From contig CAYSPZ010000001.1 of the NCBI GenBank assembly GCA_964433065.1, forward strand, positions 28,651 to 92,650: 64,000 bases of DNA, written 5' to 3'. A program made the position numbers and the translations under genes. The stretch comes from an uncultured Eubacteriales bacterium (GTDB taxonomy: Bacteria > Bacillota > Clostridia > Oscillospirales > Acutalibacteraceae). Under the pieces are notes generated by a model. The model was not told the DNA's origin. It did no database searches and saw only the letters and a list, made by a program, of their open reading frames with translations. Shown here one piece after another: positions 34,744 to 42,799 of this stretch. Each line of letters starts with the position of its first letter. Position 1 is the stretch's first letter.

Positions 34744-36047
34744 GCGGCGGGGGTACTCAGCACCGTATCCCATCCGTTAAGATGCCGTTGCAGGATACCC
34801 ACGTCTTTGTTGTTGATGATACCGTCACCGTTCGCGTCGGCAGCGGTGGTGTTGATCTCCACATCCCATCCGTTGATATACCGTTGTAAAAGTCCGACGT
34901 CTTTGTTGTTGATCAACCCGTCGCCGTTCGCGTCACCGAGAATGTTGTTGATGACGGTGATCGTCCCGTCGACCGTGCCAAAGGTCACGTTTTCGAAATC
35001 GTAATCGTACACGTCGTCCGGCGGATAGGTCACGGTGATGGCGGTGGCCCCTTCGGGTGCGTCCTCTTTCACGCGGAAGGTGAGGACCGCCACCACACCG
35101 TTGGTGGTGTTGTTCGGGCTGACCGCAGCCACCCAACTGACCGAGATCGGGTTGTTTGCAAGCGGACCGTAGGTGGTTCCCGCAAAATCCTGTCCCGTGA
35201 TCGAAACCGGTTCTAAGACGGTCGCGTCGTATCCGATCTCCACTTTAAATGCAACGATACCTGTGTTTCGCTCGGTACGGACGGTCACCGTCACGGTGTC
35301 CCCCGCTTTCGCCGTCGCGCCGTCTACCACAAAGAGCGGTTGGTCGGTCGGTTCGATCGGCTTGTCGGGTACCTCGCGGACACACCCGCAAACGTTACAA
35401 TCCGCATCGTACTCATCGTCGTACACGTGACCGCTCGTTTCGCGCACGTCACCGCAGATGTTACAATCGGTATCACACGCGTCGTCGTAGGTATGTTCGC
35501 TGCTGCACGTATTGTAATGCCACGCAGCGTTCAGGATAGAGGAGTTGGGCGTCACGATGGTCATATTCGCCCGATCCGCTTCAGATCCCTTGTAATACAC
35601 GTCGGTCAAACTGCTGCAACCCGAAAATCCGCGAGAACCGATGTTGGTCACACTGTCGGGAAGGACGACGTAGGTCAGACCGGTACAACCCGCAAACGCG
35701 GAATCGCCGATATTGGTCACACCGTTCGGGATGACCACGTCGGTCAGACTACTGCAATAGTAGAACGCGTAAACGTCAATGTTCGTCACCCCGCTCGGAA
35801 TGACCGCGTCGGTCAAACTGCTGCAGAATGCAAACGTCGAATCGGCAATGTTCGTCACACCGTTCGGAATGTTTATACTGGTCAGGTTTTCGCACTTGCA
35901 GAACGCATAACCGCCGATACTCGTGACACTGTCGGGAAGGGTGACGCTCGTCAAATTACCGCATTCATAGAAGGCTTCGTTGCCGATAGCGACGACGGGA
36001 CAACCCTCGATCGTGCTCGGAATGGTCAACGTACCTGTCACAGACAT
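34740..36047 (-). CDS. C-terminal fragment: BspA-type LRR block, two Cys mini-repeats, cohesin-like domain, type I dockerin
   Basis: LRR units as above. The cohesin-like module begins FVVDGATAKAGDTVTVTV..IVAFKVEIGYD. The dockerin duplicate is DANGDGLINNKDVGLLQRYI..DANGDGIINNKDVGILQRHL. The first in-frame ATG after the frame change is at 36047. Confidence 0.65.
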   Translation of the reverse strand: MSVTGTLTIPSTIEGCPVVAIGNEAFYECGNLTSVTLPDSVTSIGGYAFCKCENLTSINIPNGVTNIADSTFAFCSSLTDAVIPSGVTNIDVYAFYYCSSLTDVVIPNGVTNIGDSAFAGCTGLTYVVLPDSVTNIGSRGFSGCSSLTDVYYKGSEADRANMTIVTPNSSILNAAWHYNTCSSEHTYDDACDTDCNICGDVRETSGHVYDDEYDADCNVCGCVREVPDKPIEPTDQPLFVVDGATAKAGDTVTVTVRTERNTGIVAFKVEIGYDATVLEPVSITGQDFAGTTYGPLANNPISVSWVAAVSPNNTTNGVVAVLTFRVKEDAPEGATAITVTYPPDDVYDYDFENVTFGTVDGTITVINNILGDANGDGLINNKDVGLLQRYINGWDVEINTTAADANGDGIINNKDVGILQRHLNGWDTVLSTPAA

Positions 36048-37687
36048 ACTGCACCCGATGCAACCGTACCGCCGTTTGCATCGGGTGTGATGGTATACAA
36101 CAGATCGCCCAACACGTCGGTTACGCTGTCGACCGCCCGTTCTATGCCGCACACATCACAGGTGGTGTCGTAGTCGGTGGTGTATTCGTGTTCGGTCACG
36201 CGCACGGTGCCGCATCGGTTACAATCCGTATCGCAATCGTGATCGTATACGTGACTGTCCGCTTCACGGACCGCACCGCAGAGGTTACAATACGCGTCAC
36301 AATCGTAGTCGTACACGTGGTTGCACACGTAACGAACATGGCCGCACACGTTGCAATCCGCGTCTTTCGCGTTGTCGTATACGTGGTTGGTCGACACGTT
36401 TCGTATCCACTCGCAATCGTTGCAGACCGCATCACAAATACCGCCGTAGGTGTGTTCGTCACAAGTGTCGTAATGCCAGTTTCGGTTGTTGACGAGAGTA
36501 TCTGCAACGGTCATCGCCGCTCGGTCCGTTTCGGAACCGGCATACCACACGTCGGTCAACCGAGTACAACCCGAGAATGCGTTTTGGTTAATGTTCACGA
36601 CGCTGTCGGGTAAAAAGATGGTTTTGAGCACCGTCGCCGCGTTGCTGAACGCACCCTGCGCGATTACTTTGGTATCGTCGGCAACGACACAGTGAGGCGA
36701 GATGGTCGAGTTCGCGCCGAGCAGATATTGACCTGCGTACAGAACACCGTCCGCCCAGTTGGCAAACGTCGTGTAGTACTGCGTATTGGTAAACGCGTTC
36801 GCACCGATCTGCGTGACACCGCTGCCGATGGTAATATCGTTCAATTTGGTGCAATCGGCAAAGGCATCCGCCGCAATGGTTCTCACACTGTCGGGAACGG
36901 TCACCGCCGTCACGTTGTCACAACCGTCAAACAAGCGGGAATTGATCGACGTACCGTCGGTAAGCACGACCTCAAGCGCGGCAGGCGCGGAATCGGCGCC
37001 CATAAACAACGCGTCTGTCAAACTGCTTTCAATCGGTATCACGCTGATCGGCAACGACACTTTCGTCACGTTGGAACAACCATAGAACGCACCGCCGTAA
37101 ACGCTGCCTTTGGGCAGTTTCAATTCGGTCAACGAGGTATCACTTATAAACGACCTCTCGTAAAAGGTTATGTTCGCATTTTCGCCGAAAACGACCTCTT
37201 TCAGGTTGTCACAATGCCCGAGCCCTTCGCGTTCGATGACCGTCGTACTGTTACCGAACACCACCTTCGTAAGGTTGGTGTTACAGTCAAACGCGCGAAA
37301 ATTGATGATTTTTAAACTATCCGGCAACACCACGCGGGTCACGTGTACCGATCCGTCAAAACAACCCGAAAAGGCATACTCTGCGATCTCGGTAACGGGA
37401 CATCCGTCGATCTCGTTGGGGATGACCACGTCCGAAACCGACGCACCCGTAATGGATACGTACCCGCCGTTTTCGTCCGCCGTGATGGTGTACGATAATC
37501 CGTCGCTCGTACCCGAAACGCTGTCCACCGTTCTGGTGCCGCCGCAAATATTGCAAGTGGTGTCGTAGCCGTTCGTATAATCGTGCGCAGACGCACACGA
37601 CGCGGCAGAGACCGATAATGCCGTGACAGGGGTGACCCCGATCAACAACGTCAAACATAACAGGATCGCCAATCCTTTTTTCGCCAT
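36038..37687 (-). CDS. N-terminal fragment: signal peptide, two BspA-type leucine-rich-repeat blocks, CxxxCNxCG mini-repeats
   Basis: MAKKGLAILLCLTLLIGVTPVTALSVSAAS signal peptide. Repeated ..IP.SVT.I...AF..C..L.. LRR_5-like units. Five tandem HxYDxxCDxxCNxCGxxR units at 36137-36478. Confidence 0.7.
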   Translation of the reverse strand: MAKKGLAILLCLTLLIGVTPVTALSVSAASCASAHDYTNGYDTTCNICGGTRTVDSVSGTSDGLSYTITADENGGYVSITGASVSDVVIPNEIDGCPVTEIAEYAFSGCFDGSVHVTRVVLPDSLKIINFRAFDCNTNLTKVVFGNSTTVIEREGLGHCDNLKEVVFGENANITFYERSFISDTSLTELKLPKGSVYGGAFYGCSNVTKVSLPISVIPIESSLTDALFMGADSAPAALEVVLTDGTSINSRLFDGCDNVTAVTVPDSVRTIAADAFADCTKLNDITIGSGVTQIGANAFTNTQYYTTFANWADGVLYAGQYLLGANSTISPHCVVADDTKVIAQGAFSNAATVLKTIFLPDSVVNINQNAFSGCTRLTDVWYAGSETDRAAMTVADTLVNNRNWHYDTCDEHTYGGICDAVCNDCEWIRNVSTNHVYDNAKDADCNVCGHVRYVCNHVYDYDCDAYCNLCGAVREADSHVYDHDCDTDCNRCGTVRVTEHEYTTDYDTTCDVCGIERAVDSVTDVLGDLLYTITPDANGGTVASGAVCL

Positions 37688-37724
37688 CTCAGAGCCCCCC
37701 TTTTTTCAACGTATGATCAGATTC

Positions 37725-37753
37725 AGTATACTCCCTTTTTTCAAAAAATGCAA
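37725..37753 (-). promoter_or_regulatory. Candidate promoter of the LRR surface-protein gene
   Basis: On the minus strand: TTGCAT, 17 nt, TATACT, about 38 nt upstream of the ATG at 37687 (RBS AAGGGGGG). Confidence 0.45.
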
Positions 37754-37758
37754 ATACT

Positions 37759-38005
37759 GACGGTATACAAAGAAAAACCGCTTCGGGCATAGCCCTATTG
37801 TGGTAGTGCCCGATAAAGCCTCCCTCGGGAGGGAGGTGACCGAGGCGGCATTCCGCCGACGAGGTCGGAGGGAGCCTGACGAGCCACTGTTGGTCGCACG
37901 ATACGTGTTTATAATAACGCATTCTCCCCCAGTCAAACGCTTTGCGTTTGCCGACCCCCTCCCGGAGGGGGCCTTTTTCGCTGCGACGGTATATAAAAGA
38001 AAAAC
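37759..38005. repeat. Roughly 205-bp multi-hairpin insert flanked by a 20/21-bp direct repeat
   Basis: GACGGTATACAAAGAAAAAC (37759-37778) and GACGGTATATAAAAGAAAAAC (37985-38005) flank hairpins CCTCCCTC/GAGGGAGG (37819-37836), 37838-37866, CAAACGC/GCGTTTG (37934-37950) and CCCCCTCC/GGAGGGGG (37955-37971), followed by TTTTT. Confidence 0.55.
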
Positions 38006-38040
38006 TGCCCTTTCCGATCGGAAAGAGCAGTTTTTATTTA
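38005..38040 (-). terminator. Rho-independent terminator of the redox operon (works on both strands)
   Basis: CTGCCCTTTCC GATC GGAAAGAGCAG forms an 11-bp stem with one mismatch. It is flanked by an A-run and a T-run, 66 nt downstream of the stop at 38106. Confidence 0.7.
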
Positions 38041-38105
38041 TTGCAAAACAACAAGGTTCCGGGGCACCCGCCCGCAATTTTCAATTGCGTCGGCGGGTCG
38101 GGTTC

Positions 38106-39089
38106 TTATCCAACGGTGAGTACCACTTTGCCGACGTTCTCGCCGCGATACAGAATGTCGTGGGCGGCTTCGGCTTCGGTGATGGGTAACACCTTGTAGA
38201 TGGTGGGGCGCACTTCGCCCGTTGCCACCTTCGGCCACACCCGTTCGACCAGTTGCGCAAGGATCTGCGCTTTGGTTTCGGGGGTACGCGAACGCAAGGT
38301 ACTGCCGATGATGCGCACGTTGCGCACGTAGATATTTTTGAGGTCGATCTCGGTCTTAGTACCCGCGAGGGCGGCGATCATGATCCACCGCGCGCCGTGT
38401 TTTAAGAAATGGATACATTTGCCCATCACTTTGCCGCCGAGGCAGTCGATGGCGACGTCGACGGGGTGACCGTTATCCAGTTCTTCTTTGAGAACCGCCG
38501 CAATATCCTCTTCGGTGGTGACCACCACGCGGTCGGCATTTAAATGGGTGATACGGTCGGCGATCTCCCTCGTCAGCACGGTGGTGATGACGCGGATCCC
38601 GAACGCTTTCGCCATCGGGATGATGACGCTGGCAAGACCCGACGCACCCGCGTTCATCAAGAGGGTATCGCCTTCTTTGATATTGCCTTCGATGAACAGG
38701 TTTAAGTACGCGGTGGCGAACGCTTCGGGGATGGCGGCGGCTTCCACCATCGAGCAGTTTTCGGGGACGGGCATCAGCATATCGTACCGCACGTTGGCAT
38801 ATTCGGCATATCCGCCGCCGCCGAGCAGGGCACACACTTTATCGCCGACTTTCCAGTTGGAATTCGCTTTCGCGCCGTCGCCCACTTCGACGATCGTACC
38901 CGCGATCTCCAGACCCATCCATTCGGGACAACCGGGCGGGGGCGGATAGTCTCCTTCGCGTTGCATCAGGTCGGCGCGGTTGAGCGCCGCCGCTTCGATC
39001 TTCACAAGGCAATCGTCCGCACCGCAGACGGGATCTGGTACGTTGTCCCACCGCAGTGAGCGGTCGTCGTTCACTAAAATTGCTTTCAT
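38106..39089 (-). CDS. NAD(P)H:quinone oxidoreductase (MDR superfamily, PIG3/Qor type)
   Basis: ..AAALNRADLMQREGDYPPPPG..LGLEIAG..GGGYAEY..AGASGL.. is the zinc-free MDR quinone-reductase pattern. Confidence 0.75.
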   Translation of the reverse strand: MKAILVNDDRSLRWDNVPDPVCGADDCLVKIEAAALNRADLMQREGDYPPPPGCPEWMGLEIAGTIVEVGDGAKANSNWKVGDKVCALLGGGGYAEYANVRYDMLMPVPENCSMVEAAAIPEAFATAYLNLFIEGNIKEGDTLLMNAGASGLASVIIPMAKAFGIRVITTVLTREIADRITHLNADRVVVTTEEDIAAVLKEELDNGHPVDVAIDCLGGKVMGKCIHFLKHGARWIMIAALAGTKTEIDLKNIYVRNVRIIGSTLRSRTPETKAQILAQLVERVWPKVATGEVRPTIYKVLPITEAEAAHDILYRGENVGKVVLTVG

Positions 39090-40030
39090 TTCATTTTCTC
39101 CTTTTCGTTCAACTCATATATGAGGCCCTCTTCGATCGAGGTGAAATCGTCCTCGCAAAGACCCGTTGCCTGTAAGATCTTGCGGTTGTCGATGTCGCGG
39201 TCGAACAGGCGGTCGTAGATATAGGTCCACAGGGTCTCTCGGTCGGAATGTTTATAGCGAATATATTCGTCGGTGTCGATCCATTCGACCTTCAAATTCA
39301 GATGCTTTTGATACAGGTCGGCGACCTGTCCCCACGTGAGGTTTTGGGCGGAGGACACGGTATACGCTTGTCCGAACGTTTCGGGTTTGAACAGTAAATT
39401 CGCGATGAGTTTACCCGAATTTCCCGCCCAGTCAAGACCCGCCGTGAGGTCTTTAGACCCGATCGGCAGGTACACCGTTTCGCCGCTTTTGGCTTTTTCA
39501 AGCAACAGGTCACCCGACCAGGTCACCAGATCGAAACGGTATTTCGAAAATGAGATGACGGGACGTACCACCGTCCACGCTTGACCCTTACATTCCGCAT
39601 TCAAAAAACGTTCTAATTTCGCTTTGGCGAGTGCGTACCATTCTGTTTTTAGAAATTCTTCGTCGGTACTGACGTCCAGCAGTTGCGGTGCGGTTTCGGT
39701 GACGGGGTGTTGTTCGTCGGCATACACGCGGTAGGAGGACAGCACGATGAGATGTTTCGTGTGTGCGATGAGCAGTTTGTGAAACGGCGGGTAGTCCTCT
39801 GCGTCGCGGTAGTGGATGAAATTGACGATACCGTCGTACGTCTTCCCGTCCAGCAACGCGGTGAGCACACCCATCGTCGCGTAGTCGCGGATAAAGGTGA
39901 GATTTTCGTTATCACTGTGTTTTTCTTCGGGACAGAGGATGTCCACGCGATGACCTTGCGTGAGCAATTCTTTTGCCACGTAAGTACCGAGCGTTCCGCC
40001 GCCGCCGATCAATAGGACGTGTTTTTGCAT
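39086..40030 (-). CDS. NAD(P)-binding epimerase/dehydratase-like protein (atypical or extended SDR)
   Basis: VLLIGGGGTLGTYVAKELL Rossmann motif and a YALAK Tyr-Lys motif. ATGA overlap with the downstream gene. Confidence 0.55.
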   Translation of the reverse strand: MQKHVLLIGGGGTLGTYVAKELLTQGHRVDILCPEEKHSDNENLTFIRDYATMGVLTALLDGKTYDGIVNFIHYRDAEDYPPFHKLLIAHTKHLIVLSSYRVYADEQHPVTETAPQLLDVSTDEEFLKTEWYALAKAKLERFLNAECKGQAWTVVRPVISFSKYRFDLVTWSGDLLLEKAKSGETVYLPIGSKDLTAGLDWAGNSGKLIANLLFKPETFGQAYTVSSAQNLTWGQVADLYQKHLNLKVEWIDTDEYIRYKHSDRETLWTYIYDRLFDRDIDNRKILQATGLCEDDFTSIEEGLIYELNEKEKMK

Positions 40031-41029
40031 TTAAAGTTCCTCCCCGCAGGCTTTTAACAGGGTTTGGTACACCTGCCACTCGTAGTCAAGGGTGTAGGGG
40101 TTTTGCCGTTCGCCGCGCACCATCGCGGCAAATGCCGCCATCATATCGTCGTAGCGGTCAAACGGTTGTGAACGGGAGGGGGTACCGCTTTCGCACCAGT
40201 CACCCGTCAGATACTTGACACGGTCGGTATACACTCCCGTGTCGCTGACGGCGTGTTCGAGCGGTTGCAGTTGGACGGTACCTTTGATACCGGTAACGAC
40301 CAGTTGCCGCCGTTCAAACCCACCCCATTCGTACGCGTTGGTTTTGACCAGCGAGGTACCGTGTTCGTATTCGAAGACGGCAAACCCGAAATCGGTGGTG
40401 TTGACGACGTCTTTTCCCGTACATTTGTTGTAGGGGATCACCGCTTTGGGCAGTCCTTGAATGAGCAATACAAGGTCGACCATATGGCAACCGAGGAAGA
40501 ACATCATCCCACCGGGGAAGTCCTGCAACCATTGGCGCACGGCAGGACCGTGCGGCGCGTTCATCTGCGCTTCCACGCAGAGGATGTCGCCGAGTTTGCC
40601 GTTTTTAATATCGTCTAAGAGTTCGCGGATATACGGGTTATAGCGGTACATATACCCGATATGGAACACGTTGCCTTTTTCCCTCGCGGTGTCAAGCAAA
40701 CGTTTAAAGGCGACGGGGTCACACCCGCCGGGTTTTTCCATATGCACGTGTTTACCCGCTTCGACCGCCATCTGCGCGTATTTGGTGAGGTACACTTCGT
40801 CGGTCTCAATGGTGACCGCTTCGATGGTGGGGTCGTCTAACACCTCGTCGAGGGTGAGAATCGGGAGATCGTGGTTCATACGATCGGGGTCGATGCGCTC
40901 TCGTTCGTTTTCGGGGAACACGACACCGACCACTTCAAACAGATCGGATTGTTTGAGTAAACTGTCTAAAATGACGTTGGAATGACTGTAGGTGTTCGCG
41001 CCGATCTGCGCGATCTTAATTTTACGCAT
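40031..41029 (-). CDS. Gfo/Idh/MocA-family oxidoreductase
   Basis: KIAQIGANTYSH..VVGVV..AGKHVHMEKP is the N-terminal Rossmann/EKP signature of this family. Start moved to MRKIKI (41029). Confidence 0.8.
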   Translation of the reverse strand: MRKIKIAQIGANTYSHSNVILDSLLKQSDLFEVVGVVFPENERERIDPDRMNHDLPILTLDEVLDDPTIEAVTIETDEVYLTKYAQMAVEAGKHVHMEKPGGCDPVAFKRLLDTAREKGNVFHIGYMYRYNPYIRELLDDIKNGKLGDILCVEAQMNAPHGPAVRQWLQDFPGGMMFFLGCHMVDLVLLIQGLPKAVIPYNKCTGKDVVNTTDFGFAVFEYEHGTSLVKTNAYEWGGFERRQLVVTGIKGTVQLQPLEHAVSDTGVYTDRVKYLTGDWCESGTPSRSQPFDRYDDMMAAFAAMVRGERQNPYTLDYEWQVYQTLLKACGEEL

Positions 41030-42045
41030 TACAGTTGCCTCCAATCAAATTCCACGATGGGAAAGGTGGGATCGGTCAGCAGGCGGTGATAGACTTGTTC
41101 GGCATCGGACGGCGAGTGGGTTTCGTCCACCATACCCGCGAGATCCAGGCGGTGTGTCGCAACCAAACGGATCAGCGATTCGATGTCGTCTTTTTGCGTC
41201 CACCATCCCGCAAACGATTCGGTTTTGGGACGGGCAAAGGTGTGTGCGCCGATAAGGGTGATACCGGGACCGTGGACTTTACGGTAGTAGTCGATGGTAA
41301 AGTCGCGGTTACGGGTACAACCGAGCAACGCAACACGACCGAACGGTGCCATACAATCCAATATCCCGTCCAGTCCCGCGCCGATACCCGTCACCTCAAT
41401 GCCGACGTTGGCACCGCCGTTGGTGACGACTTTGGCGGTTTCGGCGAAACCCTCCGCGTGCGGGTCGAGTGCGACGTCTGCGCCGCACCGCAACGCTTTT
41501 TCGCGTTTGAGGGGGTCGGGATCAACCGCGATGACGGGGGTCGCACCCGCCGCACGCAGCAGTGCGACGGCGGCAAGACCCAAAACACCCAGTCCCATCA
41601 CGACGGCGCTCTCCCCCAGTTCCAGACGGCATTTGCGAATGGCGGCAAGAGGGAATGCGGCAACGTGAACCAGTGCCGCGTCTTCGAACGACACGTCGCC
41701 GAGTTTGAAGACGTTTTCTTCGGGGGCAACGACGTATTGGTTATGCGTACCCCACACGACCGCGACGCGGTCGCCGACTTTGACCGACGTGACGGCATTG
41801 CCGACCTGTTCGACGATACCCGCCGAACTGTATCCGCCGCGGCGGGGAAATTTGGGTGCGTCTTCGTCTTTGATACCCACACCCACCGTTTTGCAACCGC
41901 TCAGGTTGGCGCGTTCGGTACCACTGCTGACGGCGGACACACAGAGTTTCACCAGTACCTGCCCGTCACCCAAAACGGGGACGGGTTCGGTCACCAATTT
42001 TACAACGTTCGGTTCGGTGAAGACAATGTTTTGACTTTTCATCAT
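41029..42045 (-). CDS. Zinc-type alcohol/polyol dehydrogenase (MDR superfamily)
   Basis: ..CVSAVSSGTE..GYSSAG..VMGLGVLGL.. MDR layout. ATG at 42045 preceded by AAAGGGTGA. The stop overlaps the next start (TAATG). Confidence 0.7.
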   Translation of the reverse strand: MMKSQNIVFTEPNVVKLVTEPVPVLGDGQVLVKLCVSAVSSGTERANLSGCKTVGVGIKDEDAPKFPRRGGYSSAGIVEQVGNAVTSVKVGDRVAVVWGTHNQYVVAPEENVFKLGDVSFEDAALVHVAAFPLAAIRKCRLELGESAVVMGLGVLGLAAVALLRAAGATPVIAVDPDPLKREKALRCGADVALDPHAEGFAETAKVVTNGGANVGIEVTGIGAGLDGILDCMAPFGRVALLGCTRNRDFTIDYYRKVHGPGITLIGAHTFARPKTESFAGWWTQKDDIESLIRLVATHRLDLAGMVDETHSPSDAEQVYHRLLTDPTFPIVEFDWRQL

Positions 42046-42053
42046 ATCACCCT

Positions 42054-42788
42054 TTATAGTTTGCGACGGCAACCGTCGATCAGGATATTTTGTCCCGAAA
42101 TATAGGCGGCAGAGTCACTTGACAGATAGCAAATGAGGTCAGCGTTTTCTTTGTCGCTTCCCGTTCTGCCGACGTAGCACATATCGGTTTCCTGCGTATA
42201 GGTGATATCGCGTTCATCGGCGGGACTGACCGTGCCGGGCGATACCGCGTTAACGGTGATACCGTGGGATGCCAGTTCCTTGGCGAGTGCTTTGGTGAAA
42301 GAAATGAGCGCGCCTTTGGTGGCGGAATACGGTGCCATCGTCGCGATACCGTTCACCCCCGCGACCGACGCGACGTTGACGATACGGCCGAATCCGTTTT
42401 TGATCATATACGGGACGACCGCTTTGGTGACGGTCACCGTACCGAGCATATTGACGCGGAAAAAGGTGTCCCACACGTCGAGCGGGGTGTCGACGAAGAG
42501 CGAGGAATGCCGCCACAGTGCCGCGTTGTTGACCAGAATGTCGAAGCCGCCGAACCGTTTTGCCGATTCATTGACGGCGGCGGTGACCGCGTTTTGGTCG
42601 CAGATGTCGCAGGTGTATGCCGCCACACGGTCGGTGATGGCGCGCAGTTCCTGCTCGGTCTGGGCTAAGGTTTCTTCGTTCACGTCCATTAAAACGACGT
42701 TGGCGCCTTGTTCGGCGAAGCGGATCGCCGCCGCTCTGCCGATGCCGACCGCCGCGCCCGTGATGAGAACCGTCCTGTTACTAAACAT
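42054..42788 (-). CDS. Short-chain dehydrogenase/reductase (FabG-like)
   Basis: VLITGAAVGIGRA, LVNNAA, and a YSATKGAL catalytic motif. Confidence 0.8.
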   Translation of the reverse strand: MFSNRTVLITGAAVGIGRAAAIRFAEQGANVVLMDVNEETLAQTEQELRAITDRVAAYTCDICDQNAVTAAVNESAKRFGGFDILVNNAALWRHSSLFVDTPLDVWDTFFRVNMLGTVTVTKAVVPYMIKNGFGRIVNVASVAGVNGIATMAPYSATKGALISFTKALAKELASHGITVNAVSPGTVSPADERDITYTQETDMCYVGRTGSDKENADLICYLSSDSAAYISGQNILIDGCRRKL

Positions 42789-42799
42789 TCTATGTCACC

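Larger units (their letters stand above)
34740..37687 (-). pseudogene. Large secreted LRR (BspA-type) / Cys-repeat / cohesin / dockerin surface protein, interrupted by a -1 frame change near 36040-36062
   Basis: Two overlapping ORFs (36038-37687 and 34740-36152) have the same modular architecture. The second has no signal peptide and resumes the repeat unit exactly where the first stops. Confidence 0.5.

Noticed and set aside
34414-35004. ORFs 34414-34773 (minus) and 34522-35004 (plus) across the inverted-repeat element. Comparable ORFs cross the other structured regions: 37706-38077, 37800-38189, 58180-58518, 58373-58570 and 61227-61592.
   Set aside because: They have no RBS and odd composition, and they run through long palindromes. 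They are better explained as chance ORFs in structured non-coding DNA.
36040-36090. Programmed -1 ribosomal frameshifting in the surface-protein gene, stimulated by the 12-bp hairpin.
   Set aside because: No slippery heptamer (X XXY YYZ) lies upstream of the hairpin. Homology places the shift downstream of the structure rather than 5-9 nt upstream of it. A mutation or a sequencing error is more likely.
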